DNA of 64,000 bases from Amphiscolops sp. MND2022. Taxonomy: Eukaryota. Each line of letters starts with the position of its first letter. Within the stretch, counting starts at the first letter, position 1. The position numbers were made by a program, and so were the translations under genes. The DNA is taken from positions 10,356,001-10,420,000 of the forward strand of contig OZ076409.1 in assembly GCA_964187785.1 (NCBI GenBank), in the 5' to 3' direction. This document shows positions 26,101 to 38,745 of the stretch, piece after piece. The notes under the pieces are model-generated. The model made no database searches, was not told where the DNA came from, and worked only from the letters and a program-made list of their open reading frames with translations.

Positions 26101-28889
26101 CGAGCATGACACTGAGAAATTGAGGGGCCACGTTTCAATCAATATCTCCACAGGAAAAATTAGAATCGTCCTGACTATAAAAAGCATCAGTGCCTCACCA
26201 AGTCCTTGTATGTGCTGCTACTTCAAAGCACTTAACAAAAGACGGAGGGCGTGTTGATTGAGCTAATTCAATATAAGATGAACACTACGTGTATTCGGAA
26301 ACTTTCCATGTTACTGCAAATCAAATTCGACCTATTCGGCCGACAGCCTTGATGGTCTTCCAGTTTATAGCAACAGAGCAGGCCGGAAGGTAGTATAAAA
26401 TGGTAACAGCACTTTGGATTTGTTGTTATCCAAAGTTGGATTTGTTAGGTAACATCACTTTACATGTCAGGTTATATTTCATGTTGATACTTCAAGTACA
26501 AAAGGACCTATCCAGTCAACCAAATGTGTTAGGCCTTTTGAGTAATATCGCTGAGGAAGATCATTCATGACATCTTTCGAGTACATGTTGGTACACTAGT
26601 ATCACAGGTCTTTATTGGACAGCACATTATCTAATTTACATACATTATCAACAGTATTAATTTAGCACGCAAGACCAACTAGGGAGCGTAGCCTTATTCG
26701 TCTTTTTCTTGTTAATCATGCATACAACAATATACTATCAAAGCAAAAAAAAACTAAATGCTCGGCTGTGACGGTCCAATACGCCGTAGTCGGCTATGTT
26801 TGCTATGCTGAGTAGGCAGAGCTTTGAACGCGCTTCCTTTCTGCCTGTCATTATCATAGCTTTCTGTCAAGTATCATAACACGTAATTGCAATAACTAGC
26901 CTAAACTAGCAATAACAATAATTTCACGTGAGTTAGGAACATAACGATTCAAACTTATTAAAGAAAGTTTGTAATTTTACAGTTTATAATAATGACAACG
27001 TCCCTTGTAGGGCGATCGGTGTACTATGGTTAATCGTGAACATGGGACACAAAACAGTGTACAACACACAGTTATTGCGAAAGCACGTTGAAGCAGCCTC
27101 CGTCGTTTTGAATTGTTGGTGTGATCGTCCGAGTTTATTTCTCTCCGTATTCTTTCTAGTCATGTGCTAGTTCATTCGTTCAAGAGATAAAACGTTACTG
27201 AAATCCCAAATTGTATAATTGATTTAGTGGGCCTTAATCTAGTTAGTTTTGCCGTGCTCGTGATTTTTCGTTCTTTTTGTATAACCTCCGACACTTGAAT
27301 TTTCATGTAGACCAGTTTCTTTTGAAGCACGGTTACAGTTTGTGAAAACTGTCACAGACTACTTATGTACTGCGTTGCGGTTGTACACGAGTTGTATTTG
27401 GGAGAGGACATGGATGCACTTCAGAACTACCAAAATGGTATTTTGGATATTAGAATTTCAATGAATTTCGAAACCTGTGACTCACCAATTTCATCCAAAA
27501 ATCTAAAACGAATATCACTACCAAAATGAACAGATTCAAAAAAATTTCACACACTTACGCTAAGACGTCTAAACCTCCCCAGAAATAAGACAAATTCCAC
27601 ATGAAAACTAATTTAGAAATTATCTTTCACCTAAGATCGTAGACAAATCTAAAATTGAAGTTTGTCAGGCAAGCATATTGACACCTCACGCTTTTCTGGG
27701 AAAAGGCAGCTTGAATATGGCTTTGAAAAACAAATAGTTCAGGACGTCAATACGTCGTTAAATTAACCAATATAGCAGCGCTGACCGGTTTTGCTATATA
27801 TGTGACGTCACAACAGCGTAGACAAACACAGACAATATGGCGGTGACGTCACAGTTTTATCAAAGCTTAACTGAGAAAATCATTCCAAACTTACGTCACG
27901 CCTACGTCCCAGCTACCGCAGCTAGATAAACCGCAGTCCAAATTTACATCCCCCTGACAACACTACGACTAGCTACGTCTAGCATCAAATTTACGTCCAC
28001 ACTACATCCAAACTTTTTGAAAGTTTATACCTAGGATATAGGTAGTGATTTTGTGAACAATAAAGTCTAGGATAAAGCCTTTATAATTGGAAGGTATTGA
28101 TTTATATTCTCTTTGAATCACGACTACGTCAATTAATGAATAAAACAGCAAGGAATTGCATTTTCACATCACCTTTACATTGCTCAAGATCAAAATCGTT
28201 AGGGACCAAGATTTAGGACTGTTTTTACATAGATAATAAAGCAAAAGTGATCAGAGAAATTGAAAAAAAAGTCAAGATTGAATTGAAAGCATCTTTTCCT
28301 AATCCAGTTGCTACTGATTTAATAGTTTTATATTAAATACATCAAACTTATGCAGTGAACCTGTAGCTGGTACTTAATTCGCAGTTTTATAATGTGCTCC
28401 AATGTTTCAAAATAACACGTGTTAGTACTTGTTTTTTCACAGTTTAAAGCAGTTTAAGTTTGATTACTTGACCTGGTGGCGACAGTCGTAGATTACCTAT
28501 CGTTGAATACCAATATAGTGGTTTTTTGTGCATTGTCCTATTAATTGAGCTTATTGCTTCGTTAATAATAATTTTGTGGCATAATTTGTTGGATAATATT
28601 TAGTCGGATGAAATGAAAGGGGAACTGGGTGAAAAATCGAGTCGTACTTCCGGTCTGCCAACATGAAGTAAAATCGACTTCCTAGATGTAGGAAAATGTT
28701 CTGACGTCGGAGTGAAATCATATGAGAACGGTTGATGACTATCATCCGATTAAAAACAGGTAGATTATGAACTTGACGAAATCACGACGTACGTTGATTT
28801 CCTAAAAAGAAGTGTTGCTAAGAAAAACAGGAAATGACTATTTGTTCGAAGAAAATTAGTGTACGCAAGCATAATAAAATGATGCTAAA

Positions 28890-29415
28890 AGAGACTATAT
28901 ACTCCGATTTTTGTGAAAATAATCAATAATTTGCTGTCTTCCACACTGCTAACTTTGAATATGTCGAAACAAGCCTTCAATTTGAATCTCTGGATAAAAC
29001 ACTTCAGAATCAAAATCTTTCTTCAAGATGTCTAGTAGAAGTAAAAAGAAAAATACCCATCAGGAAAGCACCAAAGCGTAAGTGAAACTATACTTTCACC
29101 AACTACTGTTAGAAAGTGTTGAACTAGGTGAAAAGGACGCCATTGTAGCGGTCTGAAGCCAAGTCACCGAGGATCGAAAATAGTATCTTCTAGAGTTTGA
29201 GAACTTCTTTGGAGGAGGAAATGACTTCAGATAAACAGGGGTACTCCTGGAGTTGCAGAGGAAGTTGTTGAAAATGTTAAAACCTAAAAATAGGAGGAAT
29301 CAGAACGAGGAAAATAAATCTGACCAAGAAAACTTATTTATCAAATTCAATGCACCTACGAGGTCTGTTAGGATCAATACTTGCAAGAAAACGGCATTGA
29401 ACTTCAGTCGTAACA
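28890..29415 (+). mobile_element. solo-LTR-like repeat family B with embedded degenerate ORF; 5' limit unknown
   Basis: TATATA at 28896 and ATG at 29028 (MSSRSKKK...SPRIE...SLEEEMTSD...LQRKLLKML...SRN). Ends CGTAACA at 29415. Confidence 0.5.
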
Positions 29416-29419
29416 TACA

Positions 29420-30300
29420 CTGTCAACATTGTGTCTGTGCTTTTATCAGTTGTTGTTACTGCTTCCTCCAGCTGCTTTTCATTCACTTTTAGTCAATGCA
29501 GACGTAGGTTATTCGCCCCTGGCGAGCTTTATTCGATTTCTAATCAACTTTTATATTCGGCTAATATGGCCTTGGTTTGGGGAGCCACTTTGGAAACTTG
29601 TTTCAGTTGTACCGGCTTGTTCTTCCGGTGTGGGATGCTTTGTCTCTCAGTTTGCTCTTTTGATAATCCAGGTCTGTAGAATTCCAGAATTTGTTGGTTA
29701 ACGTCCGGTGCAAATGTCATCTGCATGGAGCGGCCGTCCGATACTCTCAAATTCTCTTTTCGTCTGGATAGTGGATACTGTGATGTAATGCCGATCGGTT
29801 TGCTTATTATATTTCGGTGTATTTCTTTGTTTTTGCTTGTTGTTACGCTATGATCGGTTTCAGCTACTCTTACGTGAGGTTTCGTTTCGTACGTACTCTC
29901 GCAATGGTTTTGGTTTAGTCTTTGAGTCCTTCTAAGATTGAGTAGGAAACTTGGTACTTACATCTTTTCACTTTTCTTGAGGGTTTCAGAACAATTGGTT
30001 GTGTTGCTTAGCTCTGCCTCCAAATGAGTAGACTAGTGCGACCTCTGCTTTTGCCGAAAAAAGTATTCTTTTTATGTTTGTTGACAGCTTTAGATTTTAA
30101 TTCATCTCCGTTCGTGGCTTCTTTTAAAAATGTTGCTCAAATTGGGACACTATAGGACGTGAAAGGACCGTTGGTTTCAATGTAGTTAGAGAGGGTTTAA
30201 AACTTCATTTGGGGTAAATCTGGCAAACTAACGTCTTCAATAGTTTTTTTAAAAAGTCGTTTCTGTGGCGATTGTTTTTGAGATCGGTTGAGTTTTTATG
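29420..30300 (-). pseudogene. old, highly decayed LINE reverse-transcriptase fragment
   Basis: Remnant motifs RPI..NLSNIFKK and LHADDIC on the minus strand, in different frames. Confidence 0.35.
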
Positions 30301-30421
30301 TGAGAGAGAGAGAGAAAACACTGTATTATTGTATAGGGATAGCTGGTGCCAGTATACAATAAGTGTAGATTGATTTATGCTGAAGCATAAATGATTTTTT
30401 CAAGTTTTACAGGGCGATAAA

Positions 30422-33400
30422 TCAGGTGAAGCGGAAATCACGCCAAGTATGAGATGTATGGATAGGCATACGACTACTTTCCAAAGTTAGATGCCTTCTG
30501 AGACGACTTTTGAATGTGTGTAGACTTATACTAGTGTCTCTTAAGTACAACGGTAGTGAGTTCCACTTCGAAGAAGAATGATGAAAGAAAGAAAAAAGAG
30601 ATACATGACTTCCCACGTAAATTATCTGATTAGTGCGATCGTTCCACCTGAAAATCGCCGTAGGTAACTTTAAAGAGCTCTGGAAGGCTTTTTTAGTATT
30701 TTTGAGATATTGGAACAGAAATACAAGAGATTTCAAATCGATAAGTTGCTTTATTCCAATTATTTTCTTTTTTTCTCTCAGATCACTCGACGATTTAAAG
30801 CTCGAACGGAAGTAGACAGATTTTAATGCCCAGTTCATCTGTTTCTCAAGGGAAAGTAGCAAAGGAGGGGATATTTGAGTGAAAAAAATCGCAGAGTATT
30901 CGAAATGACTGATTATTAGCGCGTGGAAAAGCATGACTAAGACTGTGGTCGGAAATTTGTGTTGTATAGATTCAATAGTTTTTATTCCAACTGCCATGTT
31001 TTTCAGAACCTTTTTTACTTGGGTTTGGAAAGTCAGGTGTTGATCTAACGTTGTTCCAAGATATTTACATTCACATTTCTTTTTGACAACTGAGGAGCAC
31101 ACGACAACTGTTTCGGAGTCTAGCTGTCTCTTGTCTTTTTTTTCGGGAAAAAGTTATGAATTCTGTTTTACTACCATTCAAATTTAGTCGATGGGACTTA
31201 AAGTAACTTTCAAGTTTCAAAATATTTGTTTGCAAACATTGCAAAGCAATGTCAGGGTCCTGGTGACTACAAAAAAGCAAGCAATCATCGGCGTACTGGA
31301 TAATGCGAGCATCCTCCGTTATCTGTCCAGTCAGGTCATTGACATATAGGTTAAAGAGCAGTGGTCCTAAAATAGTGCCCTGGGGAACGCCTTGTTTCAG
31401 TTCTATCCAATCCGATTTGACACCGTTCAATGAAACCTGCTGCAGTCTATCACTGAGGAAACTTTTTATAAAGTTGATGGCCGAAAATGAGAAACCAAGA
31501 GACTTGAGTTTAGACAAAAGGATTTCATGTGAAAGTGAGTCAAAGGCTTTTGATAAATCCAGCAAGACTGCATGAACTATCTTTCCATCCTGAATTTCCT
31601 GTTGAACCGATTCGGTGAAAAACAAAACAGCATCTTCTACTGATACTTTTTTCCTAAAACCAAATTGGAGTGGAGCGAGATTTTTTTCTTCAATGTAAGC
31701 TGTAATTTGCCTATGAATACATTTTTCAAGGATTTTGGAGAACGTTGTTGTAATCGAGATGGGACGATAATTTTTGGGATCTAGAATGTCATCTTTTTTG
31801 AAGATGGGGGTTATAGTCGCTCTCTTTAACATCGTAGGAAAGACACTTTCATAAATGCACTCATTCAATATGAATGTTAAGTGAGAAGTCAAAATTTGCT
31901 TTCCATCAATTATAGCCCAAGCGGGCACCTTACAAGGACCGGTAGGTTTGTTCGGTTTCAACTCATTGATGATATCGTAACAATCTTTCACTGTGATTGG
32001 ACTAAAAGAGAACGAAGAATCACCGGGAAGGAAGGATGGAACTTCATCATTGATATTACCAAAATATTGACCAAGGTTCGAAAATATCAGGTTGAAATGA
32101 TCGGCCATTTCCTTGTCATCAACTATCATTTTACCGAATGAATTTCTCACTGCTGCAAGATTGACCGACTTTTTATTTTGCCCTCGGGCGGAATTTATGA
32201 AATTCCATCTTTCCTTAGCGGTGCACAGAGAAGAAAAACAGCTCCAGGCAAATTTCTCTTGCTTTTCTTTTAGTACCTTAGAAAGTTGATTTCTAAGTTT
32301 TGAGTACGTGGACCAAGTTTGAGCAGAGGTATTATTACAGTATTCGTGGTAAGCTGCTTGGCGTGCCTGGGTTAAGGTTTTGCACTCGCTGTCATACCAG
32401 GATTCTTTGAAAAGTTTAGGGGTCCTTTTTCGGAGAAAAATTTTTTTGACGGGTGCATGCTTTTCCACAACACTAGCTAACATATAGACAAACAGATTGA
32501 ACATATCAGTAGCATTCGAACAATTATAGATTCTAAACCATGGGATATTTGATAGTGACAGACAGAAAGCGTCTTTTTGGTATGTACTCAAATCGAACTT
32601 TTGCAAGATTGTGCACTTCTGTTTTTCAGCGAAAACGTTTGTGAAAACTACTGAGCCAAAATGATCTGTTTTAAAAGGACTATTGAAAACAAAGCATTTA
32701 CCGTCTAAGATGTTTTCAGCTATTATATAGTCAATGTGTGTTTTTGTAGTTTTACAGACACGCGTAGGTAAATTTGGGCTAGCTACGGAGAACCCATATG
32801 GTAATATGACAGTTTCTAGGTTTTCCCGTTCAAGTGGGGTGAGGTAGTCTAAATTGTAATCGCCCATCATTGTGATGTTTGCAGTTTCGCACGTGGAGTT
32901 GTCTATATTTGTTTCTAATTGTTCAAGAAAATCATTTTGAAATTGTTTCATAGGATTATAAGTTACGTTAATCAACATGGTTTTCTTGCAATGTTTTGAG
33001 AAATCATTCCTACATTCTACCCAGATGGAGTCGAACTTAGTTTTATCAAAAAGGTTGAGATCTTTTCGTTCCCTCGGAGCAAGTTTCAAAGGTACAAAGA
33101 GCATTACACCACCACCCTTTTTTTTCGAAATTGCAGAACTTCGGTCACATCTGAAAAGCTCGTGGGTGTTTGAAGCTACATTCCAAAAAACCATGTCATC
33201 ACTAGGAGTTAACCAACTTTCTGAGATACCCACAATTGCGTTCGTTCCCATGTCGTTCACAAAAGATTTCAACTGAGTATGTTTTTTAGATACATCTTGA
33301 AAGTTCATGTGGACTATGCGTAAATTTTGTTTATTTTTGTCGGACAACTTGGAAAAATTATCATAGCTAATTTCAGGACCTGGATTTTGCTCAATATCTC

Positions 33401-33473
33401 CGCATAATTTCAAAAGGGCTCTAGCGAATGTTAGAAAATCGAATGAACTAAATGCATCAGATATCCCAAGGTT
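30422..33473 (-). CDS. LINE ORF2: 2A-like peptide + APE endonuclease + reverse transcriptase (one frameshift near 31140)
   Basis: LCGDIEQNPGP; APE motifs ISESWL, GGGV, MGDYN, PTR, IDYI, TDH; RT motifs NYRPIS, QFGFR, DLSKAFD, GVPQGTILGPLLF, YADD, KYLG. The frame switches in an A-run between ORFs 33413-31071 and 31102-30422. Confidence 0.92.
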
Positions 33474-34199
33474 TCATATAAATTTTTTAACACTTTTACA
33501 TGCACTGGCAAGGAGCTCTTTATCCCATTTTTGCAGTTTATAAAGGTTTTCAAATACGAGTTTTTCATTATCTTGCATAAACACAATTATTTTTTCATTA
33601 ACAGTATGCACTCTAGCAACATCATCCCGTTTCCTCAATTCACGAGTTATTTTAGCTCTGATTGGGGTAAGATCATCATTCACAAAAATGTTGGTATTTT
33701 TGAGATTGCGCTTGTTTTTCATTAGCTGATGTTTCGTGTCACGTCTCACAAATTTGGCTATCAGAGGTTTGGGGCCAGACCCTCCGCCAGGTAAACGGTG
33801 GCAGGTACTTACGTCATTGGCAGTAATTTGGACACCGGCCTTTTCAGCAACACTAACCACCTTCGCATAAACGTCCTCGCCTGGCTCTTCTTGCACTCCG
33901 AAAATGCGCACATTCTCCCTTCGCCCATACTGCTCTATGCTGTCAGCCTCGATGATTGGCGCCAGGTCCTCCGTGGTACACCGACTGGCTTTGTTCAGCT
34001 CCTCAAATGCACAAAATCCACACAGGAAAGGCCTCGCGAAGAAATTCTTGGGAATTTGTGTGGGTACCCATACATTTGTCCAGATGACACATCCATTCCC
34101 ATCCACACCAGGTCCAGTGCATTCAATCAGATGGTTGCTACCTTCTTCCTTTTTGCCCTGATTGATGGAGGATGTTGATGGGTTTCGCGCAGACGGCAT
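33474..34199 (-). CDS. LINE ORF1 protein (Cys-rich N-terminus, L1/CR1-type RRM and CTD)
   Basis: Motifs EQYGRRENVRIFGV, CHRL, PLIAKF and IFVNDDLT are typical of CR1/L2-group ORF1p. Confidence 0.85.
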   Translation of the reverse strand: MPSARNPSTSSINQGKKEEGSNHLIECTGPGVDGNGCVIWTNVWVPTQIPKNFFARPFLCGFCAFEELNKASRCTTEDLAPIIEADSIEQYGRRENVRIFGVQEEPGEDVYAKVVSVAEKAGVQITANDVSTCHRLPGGGSGPKPLIAKFVRRDTKHQLMKNKRNLKNTNIFVNDDLTPIRAKITRELRKRDDVARVHTVNEKIIVFMQDNEKLVFENLYKLQKWDKELLASACKSVKKFI

Positions 34200-34724
34200 T
34201 TCGTCGGGCCTTCTCTTTTATCAGTTAATCTGAAAAGACTTATTAAACAGCCGCAGCTATTTAATAAGTTTATCACAACAATTAGGCTGCTTGTTGTTCT
34301 GCTTGTTGAACAGTTTTTTCGAAGTCCCATTGCCTAGCCTGTCCCGTAGGAATATACCGTGTTTGGTTGCTCCTAAGTAGCTTCTGACGTTAACGGCTGG
34401 CACGTGCAGGGGTTATCTTGGTTGGCGTTTTTTTTCCTTCCCACATCTGATTCTTTCCCCTGGTTTGTTTTTTTTTGTGAACAGCTTGTTAATGCTTGTT
34501 GGTTGTTTGGTTGTATTTCTTTCTGCATGACTGTGTTCAGATCCTCCATTCGTCCTACTTTCAATTACCATTCATGGCTTTCGCGCACCATTCTGTTCCA
34601 AAACATTCTATTTCGTCTTTGTCACAGTTCTATTTTTTCCGCCCGATGACGTTGTACATTTTGTCTTTCAGTTTGACATATCTTGTAATTACCTGGTTTT
34701 GTTAATTATTTCCAACTGCTACTA

Positions 34725-35440
34725 ATGAACTTTCATTTCGTGCAACATACTTTGCTCGCCTTCTCGTCATATTTTACAGTCATAATAACTGCAAAAACTT
34801 GTCCCCAGAAATTTGAACAGAAATTCTTAAATCCTTCACGTACTTTGATCGATAAAGTAGTACAATCAGAGTCCAAATGTGCTGTTTTATGCAACAAAAA
34901 TAGCAAACGTTTATCCTTCAGAATACGTTTTTCCTTGCAGGCAAAATATGTCACTTCTACAGCAAAAACATCTATTCAAGGGCACGCAGGATGAAAACTT
35001 TACAAAACCATACAGAGGGTAACTTTTTCGATTTAAAAAAGGAATCGAAACCAAAGTGCCAGAAAGATGGTGTATTCGCACACATACAAAATGTGTCAAA
35101 GTGGGGCGAATGGGGATGGAACGAAACCCTAGATGACGGAGTTGATAGAAAAACAATCCAAAGATGACAAATTCTAATTGACGCAGCACACGTACGAATA
35201 AAAGGCAATGTATCATTCGAGAAGATCGTCAGCTGGATCAAGTTTGTAAAACAGGACATGACGAGGGAAAGAGCGAATGAATCTTGTGAGCCTTTGGATG
35301 GTGAACTGTTCCACAGAGCCGATGGAACTCAGCTGCAGTTATATTTTTTCGTGGATAAAATGGGAAACAAATCACACTGGTTGGGAATCTACACCGAAGA
35401 TCACGTGGTCTGGAAGACAGTGTTGGGTGACGTCATCCCC
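34725..35440 (+). pseudogene. PAN + C-type lectin paralogue, frameshifted and 3' truncated
   Basis: SKCAVLCNKNSK, KKESKPKCQKDG, KWGEWG, IDAAH, WIKFV and HWLGIYTEDHVVWK match the two intact paralogues. Similarity stops at about 35440. Confidence 0.85.
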
Positions 35441-37200
35441 AATATCCACTAATTCAGCATTGATGAATCGGGGCAGTTCATGTGCGAGTTCTAACTTGGT
35501 GAGGATTTTGCCATTTCTCCCCCTGACGCGATGGTGCACTTTACCTCGAACTGGGTCACCGCTCCTTAGGGGTAGCGCCAACGCTGATCCTTGCGCAAGT
35601 GTTTTTCCGTGCGATGATGTCTCAGGATTTCCTTTGTGCCCTTGGTCCAGATTGAGATGTTTGTCTTGCATATGTGACACCATGTATGGATTATGCAAGG
35701 GATCCGCTGGTCCTGAGATGAGCGACCTTGTCCATCCTATTTCTGTGAAGAATTCCTCACGCATTGGGACTCAGCGCCTGGTTACCTTCTCCTTTTTACT
35801 TGCTTGGATTGGGGCCCTATCGGACTCTTTCCTGAAACTGCCTCATCTTTAATCTCAGACAGTTTTAGTTCTTAGCCACTGAAGCCGCTTGTCTCTGGGT
35901 CCTCAGCAGTAGCTATGGCCCCGGCGACAGTTCCTGCTGCGGCGGTTAGTGGATTGGGACTAATGGCCTGCTTCTGGAAAGTTTTTTCTATTAGGGCCAT
36001 TTCACCGGCGCTGTCACTCTCTTCATGAAAATAGAAACTATCTCGCTCACTGCTATCATCTACCGAATGTGTGGCTCTAGCTTCCGATTCAGACTCTGTA
36101 TTGGAGTTTTCTCGACTGGTGTCACTGGATGGGTTTCTATAAGAAATCGGGCATCGTGCTCGCGACTCCAAATGGTCAGTTCTGGACATGATAATGGCAG
36201 GGGCACTTTCACAGCTTATATTACCAGTTGCTTCATCGTGGAAAAAGATCTACTGATAGTCTCATCAGTGTGCACCCTGAGCAGGTGATACATTTGAGGG
36301 TCGCTGAAAGCAACTGTCGGATTCACGATGGGGAGGGAAAATGTGGAGTTTTTGCAAAATAATTTATCCAAATGGCCCTACTCCGGCCTGACAAGTCACA
36401 AGTCGCGAAATCTGGGGCCTTTGAGCTGCTTGGCAAGCCGGGATCCGGAATCCGCTCTATTTCAAATTCCGATTCGTCTCCACCATCTGTTCCGGATTCA
36501 CCACCTCCCTGAAGGGATCTAAAGAATGATGAACTTCCGGTCTGATTCATGGCGTCTCTGGCTCCTTCTCCTTCACTGGCATCAGTGAGAAACTGCACTT
36601 TTGGTTCAGAACCAGGTATAGAGGGAGCATCACAAACGATGAGCTTTCATCGTCATTAGGGAGGAAGGTAACAGTGGCTTTTCTTTCACCATGCTGGGAA
36701 GTAGGAAGGACCTCAGGCAATGCTAATCTGGATAAACTGGCTACTTTCAGAGTGGCCGCCAAAGAAGTCAGATTAACATCAATTCCAGATAATTCTCCAG
36801 CAGGAATTGACGTGCTGGTTCTTACCCCTGTGTCTGTTCCTGTTTTATCAATGGCGGGATGGATGGTAGGGATTTTCCCGATGGTAACTTCTTCCTCTTC
36901 AGTCTCTTCTCGTACTGGTGGTTGGGATTTTTTCATCAACTTGACCATCTGGTCAGCGTACAGATTAACATCCTCACCGTTAATAGGTGTGGTTTGAGGA
37001 GGAGTTAGCAGATCTCCATAGTTGGAAGTCTCCATAGCCGGCACAGAGTCTGGTATTTCGACATTCTGTCTGAACGAAAAGAAATACATTTTGGAAGAGT
37101 TGGAAATCGACATGATCCAGCTGGAGTAAGAGGATATGGTGTGTCGACTCACAAACAACCCAGGAATAAACAGCAAAAGGGAGACGTAAAGCAAACGAAA
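35441..37200 (-). mobile_element. decayed coding remnant with BED-like zinc finger, probably the N-terminus of a hAT-like transposase gene
   Basis: An alternative frame at about 35682-35572 reads WCHICKTNISIWTKGTKEILRHHRTEKHLRKDQRWRY (C2H2/BED-like). Upstream ORFs are Ser/Glu-rich and frameshifted. Confidence 0.45.
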
Positions 37201-37503
37201 TTAAAATATAAATGTGAATAGCAACAGAATTGAAAATTGAAAGGAGTTGGAGTTCGTGACTGAAAAAATATACGAGACAAAGTATTTGTGGTGATTATTT
37301 ACATATTCAAAATGTACATGGAGTCTGCCAGCAAAACGTACAAGCGTATCTTCCTTATTTACAACTTACTTAATTTGAGCCCAGTAGTTTACTCTGTTTC
37401 ATTTTACTGTTTCGTCCAGATCCATTTTATTCCATGTTTATTAGAAGTATCTCCATTTTGTTTTATTTTGAATTATTTCGATTTTCCGCCAATTCAATAT
37501 TCA

Positions 37504-38020
37504 TTTTTAGTCGGCGTTTTCGTAAAAAATCCCGACTCTCACAGTGACTAGTTTATTTGTCAGTTCAACGCGAAACGTCCACTTTTTGTGCAATAATGCA
37601 CATTCACCAACTTTTACCATATGTACTTAGTGCTTCATTTCCAAAGCCTCTAACATGAGATAATAAGCCATTCCAAAGCAGAAGGGTCAACTTTTGTCAA
37701 CACTACGAGACTTTTCTCCTTTTTTCGGCACAGTGATTTTTTCCCGGATTTTTTTTTATTTTTTCCTCCCATCAATTTTTGATATTTTGCAACAGAATGG
37801 ATGTTCAAAAAATCCCAAAGCGTCCCCCTTTTTTATTTTTTGGCTCAATGCGACTTACCGGAAACTTCAAAAAAACTTCGAAAAAAATTCGGAAATTTTT
37901 TTCTCAATTTTTAGTTTTTTGAAAGCTTTTGTTGTCTCCAGTTGTAGAAAAAGTGGTTTTCGTTTTCGAGTTTTTTTGAGCCTTAGATATGGCGCCGACT
38001 TGGGCCGTTCCCGGCTTGTT
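37504..38020 (+). mobile_element. DINE-1/HINE-like element
   Basis: TTTTTAGTCGGCG start with a partial IR (CCCGACT), 3' GCGCCGACT, hairpin GCCG-TTCC-CGGC, ends in TT. Confidence 0.7.
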
Positions 38021-38290
38021 CATTTTATCAACGAATGAGTTTTGCTGGCTGAGGCCATTTTGAGAAAGTTATGCGACGCGCGCTGTTAATTACGCTCTTG
38101 AGCTGAGTTCAACTCTCTTCAAGTAAATGATGATGAGGGGTAAACAATTGGAAGTCGGAGGGTGCCGACGCCAGGAGAAATTCCATTCAGAAACGTTAGG
38201 TCGACTCTGGGCAATTTACCGGAACATATCCCGCATATACAAAATTGCCGGGAAATCACCCTAACCTTCTCTGTCGGAAAATTATCAACA

Positions 38291-38745
38291 GGTTCATTCT
38301 ATCTTAATCTTCGCCAAGCCCATTAGCAATTCAAAGACTCAAAATGCAAAGATTCAACTTATCTAAAAGGTTGTTTGAAGCTGATGAATTGAGCTCAACA
38401 ACATCAGTTGACTCTGTGATTTATATCTCCGCAGTGAGGAGGAAGAACAGTCGGATTGCTGGGAGTCCGACTGGTCCACAGACACGGATGAATTGATGAG
38501 AAGGATTTTACGAGAAGGGTTCATTCTATCTTAATCTTCGCCAAGCCCATAAGCAGTTCAAAGACTCAAAATGCAAAGAGTCAATTTATCTAAAAGGCTG
38601 TTTGGAGCTGATGAATTGAGCTCAACATCATCAGTTGACTCTGTGATTTATATCTCCAGCAGTGAGGAGGAGGAACAATCGGATTGCTGGGAGTCTGACT
38701 GGTCCACATACACGGATGAACTGATGAGAAGGATTTAACTAGAAG
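38291..38745. repeat. 227-bp tandem duplication (2 copies)
   Basis: GGTTCATTCTATCTTAATCTTCGCCAAG starts at both 38291 and 38518. Confidence 0.9.

Larger units (their letters stand above)
30302..34330 (-). mobile_element. non-LTR retrotransposon (LINE, CR1/L2 group), near-intact
   Basis: ORF1 plus APE-RT ORF2, a short 3' UTR and a (TC)n tail at 30314-30302. The 5' end is approximate. Confidence 0.92.
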
